Shown here piece by piece: positions 25,633-39,559 of a DNA stretch of 64,000 nucleotides. The DNA lies in the NCBI GenBank assembly GCA_951406725.2, contig OX597817.1, positions 166,036,001-166,100,000 of the forward strand, written 5' to 3'. Source of the stretch: Octopus vulgaris. Taxonomy: Eukaryota. How positions within the stretch are numbered: the first letter of the stretch is position 1; every line of letters starts with the position of its first letter. Both the position numbers and the translations under genes were made by a program. The notes beneath the pieces are model-generated. The model was not told the origin of the DNA and did no database searches. It saw nothing but the letters and a program-made list of their open reading frames with translations.

Positions 25633-26989
25633 CACTCTGGCTAATACATGTGATAGATTAGATTAAGTATAAGGAGTTTTAAGAACTAAATATGGGTTAA
25701 ATTCCACATTACCCAACGAGAAATATTATATTCATTATTTCCGGCAAATACAAGAGACAATCCCAGTCAAGTTCCGGCCTGATTGCATCCTTCATAGCGA
25801 AATGCCAAAGTGTTGATGAAAGAATCACTAAATACTGAAGGCTATGCAAATATTTGCATTTTTAAATATGTTCGTGATATTAAATATTCATGTATATCGG
25901 TGATGTAATATTATTTAGACCAATCCAAAACAGAGGTTCAAACTAAATTTAGAGCCCTACCCACAAACTGTGCATATCCTTCCGTTATGTGGTATTTTCA
26001 AGAAACTTAAATGTGTTTCTCAACTCAGCATGGAGTTAAATTGCTTTAGATTTACTGCGTAGGATTCCAAATTGATGCCAGAATAACAAAATTATAAATA
26101 AATTCGAAATTTTTTAAAACGTAGCATGGGAAGAGATGTTAAAATAATTATTTAGAGAGGATATCTACCTGGGATTGTTTTAAATCTTTAAGACTTCATC
26201 TTAAAGTATAGTTAATCTCTCTGATTAAAATTGTAAGATATCTGATTAGGATGACTTAATCTGAAGACGTTATGAAAGCTGCAAAGCTGAATATTGCTAA
26301 ACAGAAATATAGAAGTGTTATATAACTATTTTAATAGAAACATATTAAATAAGAGATTGTCTGGTTGATGTTGTTGTTTTTCATGATGATGATATTGATG
26401 TGGATGTTCCTCGAAGTTTTGCTCAGCTGAGATAATTAGTTAGGATATAATTGTTAATTTGATTTCTGACTGATTGCCATTTTTGCATATTCTATTCACC
26501 TGCATTCTCTTCACTAGTCTATATCAGTCTCGTTCATATACTTTAAAATTAAAACTGTTCCTTCTTCCTCAGAACTTATTCCTCTGTAGATATATCTGTC
26601 TCTATGGAAGGAAACACTCAGATGTTCGCCTGAAATTGTTCAAATTGAACGCTAACAATAAAAATCTCATTTATTCAGACATTGTATATGTACGAAAATT
26701 GTAAATGGCATCAATTGTAAATGTACGAATATTGGCACTGATATGCTTTTTGTACATCCTCTTGGGGCGAAGCACAAGACCAACATTTTTCTATTTAAAT
26801 ATTAATGGGTCCAAAATTGACCTCCCTTTAAGTTTCAGCTACTGTTTTTGTTTAGCCCCATGTGAAGAAAAGGGTAACCTAGAATAGTGACAGATATATT
26901 CGAGTAAATGAATAAACACTACTTTCAGATATTGAGTTCCTTTCCTCCTGTTTGTAAACGAAACACATACACATGCACATATATAAACA

Positions 26990-27372
26990 CTAGCAGTATC
27001 GCCCGGCGTTGCTCAGGTTTGTAAGGGAAATAACTATAAAGCATTTTTAGAGAGTTATAGCCAAAAAATAGCAAAAAAATGGAAAAAAATGATGGTAAAT
27101 TTTTTTTTTAGTTAAAAAAGGTCGAGTTGCGTCCCCTAGACAGTTTGCGGTTTGTGTTTCTGATTCTCGACCCCATGTTGAATATATCGATATTTTTCAG
27201 AACTGGGGGAACTTTTCAAAATTTTCGCTACGTTAGTTTTGAATTATGACATTGGGCTATGTGTGTGTCAAGTTTCATCAGAATCGGTTGAAAGCCGTGG
27301 TCAGGGTGAGGGTACAAGCAAACAGACACACAGAAACACGCACAGACAAACTGCCGTTTATATAGAGAGAGA
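26990..27372 (-). mobile_element. Non-autonomous Helitron, second 5'-end type
   Basis: Minus strand A^TCTCTCTCTATATAAACGGCAG...GCCGGGCGATACTGCTAG^T. Confidence 0.85.
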
Positions 27373-27825
27373 TATACATCCATACGTATTATAATGATGC
27401 ACTAAAAGCGAGCGGGTTCAAAAATATAATACTTCACATAAATCAGTGCCCCTAAATATAGTAACACGAAGGGCCGTTGCAACTTCATCTGGTTTTATAT
27501 ATCCTTATTCTTAAATGAAAGTGAAATATTGCTAATAACCCTTTCCCCACAACTACCGTTGCTCGTAATTGATTGCCAGAAGCAGTTTTAAAGTGACTTA
27601 CAGCAGTAACCGTAACGTGAAAAAGCTTAGAAAAAATTGTAAGCCAACTAAATTAACAAAGGATAAGGGAAATTGTAAAAAAAAATTTTTTTAATGCTCA
27701 CCATTTAGCTACGTAAAGCTAAAGATACTATATATGGAGTTACAAATTACTTCCACTAAGACAAATCTTGATGTTAGCTTGATATAATGTGAAAACGCGG
27801 TAAATGTCATGGAAGGTAAATTTAA

Positions 27826-28045
27826 CCCTTTAGTGTTCAGATTATTCTGTCAAATGTGATGCTTGTTTATTTAAAATGGTTTGAATTAATCATGCATTAT
27901 CTTGTAGTTTAGAGATTTCGGTGATGTGATTTTTGAGTTTTAGAATGACATGGTAGGGCTGAGATGAAAGGTGAGATCTGGTCAGTTTCAATATATAACA
28001 GGTTAAATATTTTGGCCAGATATGGCCGGTTTGAATACTAAAGGG
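27826..28045. mobile_element. piggyBac-type MITE (220 bp)
   Basis: TTAA on both sides (27822-27825, 28046-28049); TIRs CCCTTTAGTGTTCAGA / TTTGAATACTAAAGGG (14/16 match). Confidence 0.85.
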
Positions 28046-28280
28046 TTAAACAACATACAGCGGTCATACTTTTTTTCCAGATTTATAGAAGAAAAGTACA
28101 AACAAAAAACAAAAAAATTATTTAATTACATATGGAATTGAATAAAGAAACGCATGCATCTGATTTCAGTATCAAATGGAAGATCAAGTTATGTAAAATA
28201 TTAAGCAGAAGCGGAACTTAATAGGTGCTGGTTTTCTACAGTTGAGTGGAGTTTCAGAAACAAAATTCATAATACATCTC

Positions 28281-28479
28281 TCTTTTACTTGTTTCAGTCA
28301 TTTGACTGTGGTCATGCTGGAGCACCGCCTTTAGTCGAGCAAATCGACCCCGGGACTTATTCTTTGTAAGCCTAGCACTTATTCTATCGGTCTATTTTGC
28401 CGAACCGCTAGGTTACGGGGACATAGACACCACCATCGGTTCTCAAGTGATGTTGGGGGAGCAAACACAAACACATAAA

Positions 28480-28569
<90 letters not shown>

Positions 28570-29914
28570 TACGACGGGCTTCTTTCAGTTTCCGTCTACC
28601 AAATCCACTGACAAGGCTTTGGTCGGCCCGAGGCTATAGCAGAAGACACTTGCCCAAGGTACCTCGCAGTGGAAATGAAACCGGAACTATGTGGTTGGTA
28701 AGCAAGCTACTTACCACACAGCCACTCCTGAAAATATTCTAAATCCAAAATCAGAAATCTTTAGAAAAGGATGTCAATTTGTATCTCAAAAGGATAAATG
28801 GATTACTACTTAGCTCTATCATATCAATTAACAGTCACTAATATTTTCAACCTCATATCTTTCTAATTAATAATGTAGATCATTTTCTGCTTACTGCTCT
28901 TTAAGATCTTTCATTATTTGACATTCCTGAATTGTAATTCATTAGATATATATATCTCTAGATATATATATCATCGTTAATTTCCATTTCTACTTGAGAT
29001 ATATACTTACTTCTTCGATGTTTATAAATTTCATCTTTATACTTATAGGTGCAGGAGTGGCTGTGTGGTAAGTAGCTTGCTAACCAACCACATGGTTCCG
29101 GGTTCAGTCCCACTGCGTGGCATCTTGGGCAAGTGTCTTCTGCTATAGCCTCGGGCCGACCAAAACCTTGTGAGTGGATTTGGTAGACGGAAACTGAAAG
29201 AAGCCTGTCGTATATATGTATATATATATATATATATGTATGTATGTGTGTGTATATGTTTGTGTGTCTGTGTTTGTCCCTCTAGCATTGCTTGACAACC
29301 GATGCTGGTATGTTTACGTCCCCGTCACGTAGCGGTTCGGCAAAAGAGACCGATAGAATAAGTACTGGGCTTACAAAAGAATTAACCCCAGGGTCGATTT
29401 GCTCGACTAAAGGCGGTGCTCCAGCATGACCGCAGTCAAATGACTGAAACAAGTAAAAGAGTAAAAGAGTAAAGTGTATACTTTATTCATATATATATGT
29501 TTTGTAAATTTTGTTTTCCATTCAATATCTCTACCCGTGGTAAATAACACGCCTACATCATTTGTATCTTCCCCTGAAGATTGATTAGTTTAGACTAGAC
29601 ATGAGACATGATGTAATTACACATTATCTTTAATGGACAATGTAGTATATACAATTAATTCTACATTCCCATTGAGTACTTCATTCATTCTCTTTAATCT
29701 TTTTACATTTTTTACTTGTTTCATTTGGCCGTGGCCATGCTGGAGCACCGCCTTTAGTTGAGCAAATCAATCCCAGGACTTATTCTTTGTAAGCCTAGAA
29801 CTTATTCTATCGGTCTCTTTTGCCGAACCGCTAAGTTACGGGGACGTAAGCACACCACTATTGGTTGTCAAGCGATGTTGGGGGGACAAACACAGACACA
29901 CAAACGTATACGCA

Positions 29915-29960
<46 letters not shown>

Positions 29961-30105
29961 TATATACGACGGGGGTTCTTTCAGTTTCCGTCTACCAAAT
30001 CCACTCACAAGGTTTTGTCCAAAGTGCCACGCAGTGGGACTGAACCCGGAACCATGTGGTTCGTAAGCAAGCCAAGCTACTTACCACACAGCCACTCCTA
30101 TGCCT
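28281..30105. mobile_element. Three SINE family A copies: 28281-28730 (-), 29048-29475 (+), 29705-30105 (-)
   Basis: Each has a head, central microsatellite and tail. Confidence 0.9.
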
Positions 30106-30129
30106 TCATTCCGAGACACAAAAGTACTC

Positions 30130-30545
30130 GTCGTCATCATATTTCGTATGCCTGCTGGGCATTTATGACACCACAACGAAAGTCTTCCCGATTAAGCACA
30201 AGTTCGCCTCCATCTACAGACACCGAGCAATAAAGCTTTTTTCATGCATACAAACTTCAGCTATCTCTACCTTAGCTGTAATTAGAAAACTAATCACACA
30301 TTCAACACAATAATCTCTAATCTGTTACCAGGTAAATAGTTCTTCAACAGGCCTGTACATATTATAACGAGGCACTAGCGAGGTGTGGCTTTAGCGATAA
30401 ATTAGTGTACGTAAAGGATGTTCCCCACTCCGATCCCAAACAGGAAGAAAGTTCGAAATGGAAAGTTAATCTCATTTAATCCCTCATTCAATCTAGATAT
30501 TCCCACAGAGAAGGTTTTTCAAAACTTTTTTCAGATTCGCTCTCC
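30130..30545 (+). pseudogene. Penelope-like element ORF remnants
   Basis: KVFPIKHKFASIYRHRAIKLFSC and KLISFNPSFNLDIPTEKVFQNFFQI resemble the PLE RT-to-GIY-YIG linker motifs (IIWFNPP...KHFP..H...IFNRNT.K.SYSC, recalled). Confidence 0.45.
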
Positions 30546-30611
30546 TATTTGCTTTCGTGTACGTGCGTACGTAAGCGCCTGTGAATGCATCTTTGATTAT
30601 ACGTTTACAAA

Positions 30612-31410
30612 GACGCAGGCGTGGCTGTGTACTAAGTAGCTTGCTTTCCGACCACATGGTTCCAAGTTCAGTCAGGAACAAGGACAGGATTTATTCCATC
30701 TAAACCACAGATTTTTTTAATCAATTTTTTTTCCACTAAACAGTTTGAAAATTCGAATACTGGTAGAATTTCTCACGAAGAGCACAGTTTATCTGAACGG
30801 TTTAGGCAAAATTTGATATTTTAGAAGTTATTTCGTGTTAAAGTTGTCGTATTTGGGTAATTTCAACCAATCAACGACGTGTATTCAGTTGAAGTAAGTT
30901 ACTGCTGTTTGCGATAGTAATTGAAGTGGAACAACTCCTGGTCATCAGTAGCTTTCTTCAACAGAATACACGTCGTTAATTGGTCGAAATTACCCCAATA
31001 CGACAATTTTAACACGAAATAACTTTTAAAATACGAAATTTTGTCAAAAACGTTCAGAGCAAACCGTGTTCTACGTGAGAAATTCTACCAGTATTCAAAG
31101 TTTCAAACTGTTTAGTTAAAAAAGAATTAATTAAAAATAGATCCCATATGTGTCTGTATGCGTGTGTGAGTGTGTTTATGTGTTTATATCTGTGTTTGTC
31201 CCCACCACCGCTTAACAACCCGTGTTGGTGTGCTTACGTCCTTGTAACTTAGCTATTCGGTAAGAGCGGTAAAAGAGACCGATAGAATATGTACTAGGCT
31301 TTAAAAATATAAGTCCTAGGAGTCGATTTGTTCGACTAAAACCCTTCAAGGGAGTGCCCCAGTATGGCCGCAGTCAAATGGCTGTCAATTAAAAGAATAA
31401 AAAATAAAAG
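30612..31410 (+). mobile_element. SINE family A interrupted by a foldback MITE
   Basis: Head 30612-30673, tail 31185-31410. Confidence 0.75.
30688..31144. mobile_element. Palindromic (foldback) MITE with ~200-bp arms and GGAT/ATCC ends
   Basis: Arms ~30710-30905 and ~30946-31138 are reverse complements. Half copies at ~54070-54352 and ~54660-54948. Confidence 0.8.
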
Positions 31411-31419
31411 ATGTACATT

Positions 31420-31431
31420 TGTGTGTGCCTC

Positions 31432-31493
<62 letters not shown>

Positions 31494-31587
31494 TGTGCCT
31501 CTGTGTGTATGCCTCTGTGCCACTGTGTGTTTGTGTGTGTGTGTGCCTCTGTATGTGTGTGTGTGCCTGTGTGTGTGTGTGTGTGTG

Positions 31588-31621
<34 letters not shown>

Positions 31622-31780
31622 TGTGTGTGCCTCTGTGTGTATGCCTCTGTGTGTGTGTTTGTGTGTGTTTGTGTGTGTGCCTCTGTATGTGTGTGTTTGT
31701 GTGCCTCTGTGTGTATGCCTCTGTGCCTCTGTGTGTGTGTGTGTGGGGTGTGTGTGTGTATGTGTGTAGTGCGTGTGTAA
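31420..31780. repeat. (TG)n microsatellite with GCCTCT interruptions
   Basis: Visible. Confidence 0.95.
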
Positions 31781-32512
31781 AAATGTCTGTCGTAGACTGT
31801 CAGGAGAGCATGGTATTCGTATTATATACGGTGGGTGTTGTTGTACGAAAGATTATCTTACGCTTATAACAACGCTAATGAGACAAGCCCACAGCCAACG
31901 AATGCGAAACATAAACTAACATTAATTATCTTCTGTTTTATGACTTCATAGATGACAAGTGTTGGTCGACTCGATCCGTCCCACTGTCCAGTTCACTCGT
32001 ATATTTACAGACCCAACACATCACAAACTTAATGATGTCCTATAAAATCTTATCATTTGCACTGAAATGAATCTTTGTTATGTTGCTTCGTTAGACTCAA
32101 AACATAAACTTGACCGAATCGCTGATAAGTCTCTCTCGTACGAGGGTGGTCAGCTGTGTAAATCAACCACTTAATGGTTCTCACGGAGAAGAATAAATTT
32201 TCTTTCTCTCATACGATTTCTTCTTGTCTGCATACACAGGCGGGGGACGAGCACTCAACCGCACACAGATACGAGCACGTACGCAGAAAGACGGTCGGGG
32301 GGGTGGGTGGAGAGAGTGAGAAAGAAAGAGAGAAGGAGAGAGCGAGAAAGAGAGAGAGAGAGAGTGGGAAGGCGAGAAAGAGAAGGAGGAAAGAGAGAAA
32401 GTGGGATGGAGGGAGGGAGAGAAAGAGAGGAGATTGAGAATGTACAAAACACACATACATCCATTAACTGCATTTAATACATACATACATACATACATAT
32501 ATACATATATAT

Positions 32513-32553
<41 letters not shown>

Positions 32554-32588
32554 CATATATATATACATACATACACACACACACACAC

Positions 32589-32643
<55 letters not shown>

Positions 32644-32877
32644 TTAACGCGCACACACACTTCCATAAATCACATTAATTAATATATAATGTATCGGTTC
32701 CTCTGTGTGTGGGGGGTTGGGGTGTGCATGAGTGAGTCTGCGTTTATACATGTACATTCAAATAATACACGCATATATACAAAACAAATATACAATATAT
32801 ACATGTACAAACATACGAATTAGCCAAAATCTACAGGATGCCTACTCTTTTACAGATATGAATATATATATATATGT

Positions 32878-33402
32878 CGTGGCTGTGTGGTAAGAAGTCT
32901 GTTTTCCAGCCACCTGGTTCCGGGTTCAGTCCCACTCCATGGCACCTTTAGTAAGTGCCTTCTGTTCTAGCCTCTGACCAATCAAAGCTTCACATGAGTA
33001 TATTTGGTAGAGAAGCAGTTCTCAACCATTTTTTTTTTTTATCTGTGGACCCCTTTGATGGCTAATTTATTCTGGTGGACCCCCATAGTAATTTAATGCT
33101 TAAAAACTAGCCCTGTAGATACTTCTTTCAAAGTCCCTCTTTTGTTTTTTACGCATTAACTTATGTAGGTTGGACTCTCACTCTTTACTCTTTTACTTGT
33201 TTCAGTCATTTGACTGCGACCATGCTGGAGTACCGCCTTTAGTCGAGCAATCGACCCCAGGACTTATTCTTTGTAAGCCTAGTACTTATTCTATCGGTCT
33301 CTTTTGCCGAACAGCTAAGTTACGAAGACGTAAACACACCAGCATCGGTTGTCAAGCTATGTGAGGGGACAAACAGACACACAAATATATACACACATAC
33401 AT

Positions 33403-33442
<40 letters not shown>

Positions 33443-34080
33443 GACGAGCTTATTTCAGTTTCCGTCTACCAAATTCAAATCCACTGACAAGGCTTTGGTC
33501 GGCCCGAGGCTATAGTAGAAGACACCTGCCCTAGGTGCCACACAGTGGAACTGAACCCGGAACCATGTGGTTGGTAAGCAAGCAACTTACCACACAGTCA
33601 CTCCTGCGTCTATGTAAAAGCCAGCTGTTTTTTGCAATACATAGCAAAATTTTTTCAGGGGCCCTTAAAATACTATTGCGGATCCCCAATCTACTATTTT
33701 GTTGTGTAGACTCCCAAAAATTATATATGGACCCTTAGGTCTCATGTGGACCCGGGTTGAGAACCACAATGGTAGATTGAATTTTGATAGCTCAAAGCAG
33801 TCCGTCATATATATGCGTGAGCGAGCAAACGTGTGTATGTAAAGGGGATGCGCGCGCGCGTCTGTGTGAGTATGTTTGTGTTTGTTCTCTGCCACCGCTT
33901 GACAACCAGTGTTGGTGGGTTCACGCGAACGTAACTTAGCGGTTCGACAGAAGAGTTAACGACAGAACAAGTAACAAGTTTCAAAAGTAATTACTAAGTC
34001 AACTCCTTCGAGAAAATTTCTTCTGTGTGGCACCCCCCCCCTCATTGCCTCAGTCTAATGACTGAAGCAAACAAAAAATA
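32878..34080 (+). mobile_element. Old SINE family A copy hosting a hAT MITE
   Basis: Head 32878-33012 resumes after 33770; diverged tail ~33875-34080. Confidence 0.7.
33013..33769. mobile_element. hAT-type MITE containing a SINE A copy (33180-33612, -)
   Basis: TIRs AAGCAGTTCTCAACC / GGTTGAGAACCACAA; 8-bp TSD TGGTAGAG (33005-33012) / TGGTAGAT (33770-33777). Confidence 0.8.
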
Positions 34081-34099
34081 TAATACAACGGAAGGGGTA

Positions 34100-34713
34100 T
34101 ATATATATGTGTGGGTATATGTGTATGCATGTATGTATTTGTGTATGCATGTACACATGTATGTATACATGTATGTAGGTGCGTGTGTATGTATGTATAC
34201 ATGTATGTATTTATCTATGTATGTATGTGTATGTGCCTACATTTGTATGTATGTATGTATGTATGTGTGTCTGTGTGTATGCATGTATGTATGTATGTAT
34301 GTATGTATGTATGTATGTATGTATGTATGTATGTATGTATGTATGTATGTATGTATGTATGTATGTATGTGTGTCTGTGTGTATGTATGTATGTATGTAT
34401 GTATGTATGTATGTATGTATGTATGTATGTATGTATGTGTGTCTGTGTGTATGTATGTATGTATGTATGTATGTATGTGTGTCTGTGTGTATGTCTGTGT
34501 GTATGTATGTATGTATGTATGTATGTATGTATGTATGTATGTATGTATGTATGTATGTATGTATGTATGTATGTATGTATGTATGTATGTATGTATGTAT
34601 GTTTGTATGTATGTATGTATGTGTGTCTGTGTGTATGTATGTATGTATGTATGTATGTAGGTATGTATGCATGTATGTATGTATGTATGTATATATGTAT
34701 GTATATATGTATG

Positions 34714-34747
<34 letters not shown>

Positions 34748-34849
34748 TGTGTGTATGTATGTATGTATGTGTGTCTGTGTGTATGTATGTATGTATGTAT
34801 GTATGTATGTATATATGTATGTATGTATGTATGTGTGTATGTATGTATG

Positions 34850-34880
<31 letters not shown>

Positions 34881-34901
34881 ATATGTATGTATGTATGTAT
34901 G

Positions 34902-34935
<34 letters not shown>

Positions 34936-35000
34936 TGTATGTATGTATGTATGTATATATGTATGTATGTATGTATGTATGCATGCATATACATACGCAT
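34100..35000. repeat. ~900-bp (ATGT)n microsatellite
   Basis: Visible. Confidence 0.98.
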
Positions 35001-35184
35001 GCGCGTATGCACGTATGAAGGTATTAGTTCTTTTAAATTGAAAAGTGTCCCATGGGCCTCATTTATGCATGGGATTTTAACTGTTAATTTAATATTAAAA
35101 TTAAAATAATAATATAGAAGTACATGCATATATATACATAAATCAATATACGCACAATATGCGCATATATATTTATGAAAATGG

Positions 35185-35767
35185 TCGATGACGGATACCT
35201 CATACGTGTTTAAATGTACACTGTAGTTATGTGAATAATATATAGTCTATTGACTAATTTTTCTACACGCTAGGTCACAGGTAGTAAACATTTCTATAAT
35301 CTTTATTACCCTGATATTATTAATTATTGATAATTTTTTTCTGAAAAATTTTTCGAAGAAAGATTTTGCTGCCGACAAAAATCTACGCTTGCGCGGTGGA
35401 TTTGAAAAATTATAATGTATAAGCAATAGGCACATGCTGGATTTGCCTCGTACTTATATGTTTAATCTAGGCGTGCCTGTTGATGAAGACTTCGCCTAGA
35501 AATTTATTTTATTTGCTAAAAAATGGTCAGAAACCATGGTCCAGGAGATAGATGGTAAATGTTTTTATTTTTTATTCCCTTCGAATTTTTATCCTTAATA
35601 GTGGTTTCGACTTTAGCTGTTCCTTCTAGCGTGAAAGGAATCCGATGACGGATACCTCTTATGTGCTTAAATATACACTGTATTTATATGAATAATATAT
35701 TTTCTATTGACTAATTTTTCTACACGCTAGGCCAGAGGAAGTGAAAATTTTTAAAATCTTTATTACC

Positions 35768-35772
<5 letters not shown>
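35185..35772 (+). repeat. ~130-bp direct repeats (35185-35316 / 35644-35772), possibly PLE pseudo-LTRs
   Basis: Both run from CGATGACGGATACCTC to CTTTATTACCCTGATA; the second abuts (TA)n. Confidence 0.6.
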
Positions 35773-35817
<45 letters not shown>

Positions 35818-35820
<3 letters not shown>

Positions 35821-36562
35821 TCATCATCATCATTTAACGTCCGCTTTCCATGCTAGCATGGGTTGGACGGTTCAACTGGGGTCTGGGGAGCCCGAAGGCT
35901 GCACCAGGCCAGTCAGATCTGGTAGTGTTTCTACAGCTGGATGCCCTTCCTAACGCCAACCACTCCGAGAGTGTAGTGGGTGATTTTATGTGCCACCGAC
36001 ACAGGTGCCAGACGAGGCTGGCGAACGGCCACGCTCGGATGGTGTTTTTATGTGCCACCGACGCAGGTGCCAGACGAGGCTGGCGAACGGCCACACTCGG
36101 ATGGTGTTTTTATGTGCCACCGACACAGGTGCCAGACAAGGCTAGCAGACGACCACGCTCGGATGGTGTTTTTTATGTGCCACCAACACAGGAGCCAGAT
36201 GAGGCTGGCGATCGGCCACGATCGGATGGTGATTGTTTACGTGCACACAGCATGGAGGTCAGTCGGTGCGGTACTGGCTACGGCCACGTTCGGATGGTTT
36301 TCTTGTGTGCCACCGGCACTGGTACCACAAAGATACAAATTCCATTGATGTTCACCTATTTTGATTTTGTTTGATTTTTTGATTTTTTGATTTTCACTTG
36401 CCTCAACAGGTCTTCATAAGTGTCACAAGAAGGAAGGTATGCACAGGTGGACTGACTACGTCCCAGGTAGGGGCCACGGGTTATGGCCTGAATAGTCTTG
36501 CCGGGTCTTCTGACGCACAGCATACTTCCATAGGTCTTGGTCTCTAGTCATTTCCTTGGTGA
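35818..36562 (-). mobile_element. 3' end of an RTE-type LINE with (ATG)n tail and internal 62-bp minisatellite
   Basis: (CAT)n on +; GGATGCCCTTCCTAACGCCAACC typical of RTE 3' ends; minus-strand translation LTKEMTRDQDLWKYAV; repeat units start at 35988, 36050, 36112 and 36175. Confidence 0.75.
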
Positions 36563-36597
36563 GACGTTCTTGTCCATGTTGTATTTTTCTACATACC

Positions 36598-36633
<36 letters not shown>

Positions 36634-36803
36634 TATATATATATATCACGTGATCACGTGACCGACCAGAACATCAAATGTTATACATCACTGGTCACAA
36701 TGCGTTCGCATTGTTTTAGCCTTCGAATGACGCCACCCCGCTGGCTAAGCGAGCAGGCCAATATATATATATATATAAATATATCGTCGTATATATGTAT
36801 ATG

Positions 36804-36840
<37 letters not shown>

Positions 36841-37008
36841 ATGTGTCTGTGTGTCTGTGTTTGTCCCACCAACTTCGCTTGGCAACCGATGCTGGTGTGT
36901 TTACGTCCCCGTAACTTAGCGGTTCGGTAACAGAAGCCAATAGAATAAGTACTAGGCTCACAAAGAATAAAAGGCGGTGCTCCAGCATGGCCACATTCAA
37001 ATGACTGA

Positions 37009-37045
<37 letters not shown>

Positions 37046-37095
37046 TGTGTGTGTATATATATGTATATGTATGTATATATGCATACATATATATG

Positions 37096-37127
<32 letters not shown>

Positions 37128-37867
37128 TATATATGTATGTATGTATGTATGTATGCATGATTCAGACTCATTGCCACTGCAACCATGCTGCAGCACCGTT
37201 TTCTGTGAAGCTTTAGACGATTATATTAAATCATAATGTATATTTCAGTGTTTCGTGTTTTCCTCTATAATGGACGATTGTTGGGAACCCGATACATCCG
37301 TTTACATACGCATACACACATATACGGCAAAAAAGATGCATGTATGCATACATTCATACACATACACACACATACAAAAACACAAACATATAAGTATGCA
37401 TATCTGCGTGTATGTATTTATGTGTTTAAGTGTGTAAATACATATACAAGGAAATATACGTATATGTTTCTATGTATAATGTATATATATATATATGAGA
37501 ACAAGATAAGAAGGGCTGTTGACGCCAGACGAAAAAAGTATTGCAAACGCTGGATTATAGTGGACGACGAGAGAGAAAGGATGTCGACCAGTAGCCTTAG
37601 AAGGCGGGCGAGAAAAGACAGGATAGCAGTTACGACGGAAGTATCGTCGCAGATGGACGACGGGAATGGGGGAGGAGGAGCAAGAGGAAGAGAGAGAAGA
37701 AGGGGAATGGTGCGAGGAGACCATGAAGAACGGTGAGGGGGAGAGAGAGAGGAAGAGACAAGTTAAGTGAGGGAAAAAAAGACGAAAAAGGGAATGGGAG
37801 AGAAAGAAAGAAAGATGCAGAGTCGCGTGAGAGTTAATATCAAGGCTAACTTGATAAACAGAACAAT

Positions 37868-37922
<55 letters not shown>

Positions 37923-37969
37923 GTATACGCATACACACACACGCACATACACACGCACACACGCGCACA

Positions 37970-38021
<52 letters not shown>

Positions 38022-38098
38022 AATGCATATTATTTTGCTGATTTGTAGAAAAAAACAAATCGTTAATTGATGCCGACAGAGAAAAAGATTTATAAATA

Positions 38099-38620
38099 GG
38101 CGTATGAGTGGCTGTATGGTAAGTAGCTTGCTTATGAACCACATGGTTCCGGTTTCAGTCCCACTGTGTGGCAATTCGGACTAGTGTCTTCTACTATAGC
38201 TTCGGGCCGACCAATGCCATGTGAGTAGATTTGGTAGACGGAAACTGAAAGAATCCCGTCCTATATATGTATATATATATATGTGTGTGTATATGTTTGT
38301 GTGTCTGTGTTTGTCCCCCCAATATCGCTTGACAACCGATGCTAGTATGTTTACGTTCCCGTAATTTAGCGGTTCGGCAAAAGAGACCGATAGAATAAGT
38401 ACTAGGCTTACAAAGAATAAGTCCTGGGTTCGATTTGCTCGACTAAAGGCGGTGCTCCAGCATGGCCACAGTCAGATGACTGAAACAAGTAAAAGAGTAA
38501 AAGAGAGTAAAAAGTAAATCGTTTGCGGTTGACCTGATTCGTTTTGACCGACTAAACTGAGGAGGTGTGCCCCAGTATGGCACCAGTCTAATAACTGAAA
38601 CAAGTAAAAGAATAAAAGAA
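38099..38620 (+). mobile_element. SINE family A with a second, diverged 3' tail
   Basis: Full copy to 38515, extra tail 38520-38620. Confidence 0.88.
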
Positions 38621-38624
38621 TACA

Positions 38625-39021
38625 TTTTTATATATAAAAGTGAAGTTGTGTGTCTGTCTCCTACGATTTAGATTCCTAACTACTCCCACATTTTGCGGTG
38701 CAGTTTAACCAAAACCGGGTATCTTATAGTCGTGATTCATATCGAGCCCTTCTGGGTATTAGCGCGCGTCTACGATGAGTCTACGATTTTAAAAAAAATT
38801 TACCATCATTTTTTTCCATTTTAATGCATTTTTTCGCTATTATATAAGGGAAGTAACTCTCTAAAAATGTCTACGATGAGTCAACGATTTAATAAAAATT
38901 TACCATAATTTTTTTTCCATTTTTAATGCATTTTTTTGCTAATTTTTGGCTATAACTCTCTAAAAATGCTTATATAGTTATTTCCCTTACAAACCCGAGC
39001 AACGCCGGGCGATACTGCTAG
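38625..39021 (+). mobile_element. Non-autonomous Helitron
   Basis: Near-identical to 15107-15505; ends hairpin-CTAG^T. Confidence 0.88.
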
Positions 39022-39039
39022 TTTTTATATATATTTTTT

Positions 39040-39470
39040 ATCTTTTACTTGTTTCAGTCATGAGACAGCGGCCATGCTGGGACGCCGCCTTGGAGAATTT
39101 TTGCCGAGCGAATTGACCCCAGTGGCGTTTTTGCTTTAAAACCTGGTTCTTAGTCTATCGGTAACTTTTGCCGAACTGCTGAGTTACGGAACATAAACAC
39201 ACCAACAACGGTTGTCAATCGGTGGTGGGTGACAAACACAGACAGTGAGACGCACACACACACATACACACACACACACACAAACACACACATACATACA
39301 CACGCATACACACTCAGATATATACATATATACGATGGGCTTCTGTCAGTTTCCATCAACCAAATCTACTCAGAAGGCTTTGGTCGGCCCGAGACTACAA
39401 CAAGAGATACTTACTCAAGGCACCACGCAGATCCATGTGTTTAGGAAGTAAACTTCGTACCACAGCCGTA
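39040..39470 (-). mobile_element. Diverged SINE family A
   Basis: Tail and head recognisable. Confidence 0.75.
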
Positions 39471-39559
39471 AGAAGCGCGCAATATATATACACTAGCAGT
39501 GGAGACTATCGAAACTAGTCGAGTCTAGTGATCCTCGGGACGCTCATGAAAGAGATCGA

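Noticed and set aside
34025-35129. Long ORFs of MYVC/HTYI/IYIY/CVCV type, here and throughout the window
   Set aside because: They are translations of stop-free microsatellites with no coding signal.
35984-36320. CRISPR-like periodicity (also the ~187-bp units at 43035-43612)
   Set aside because: There are no unique spacers and no cas genes; these are tandem repeats within eukaryotic retroelements.
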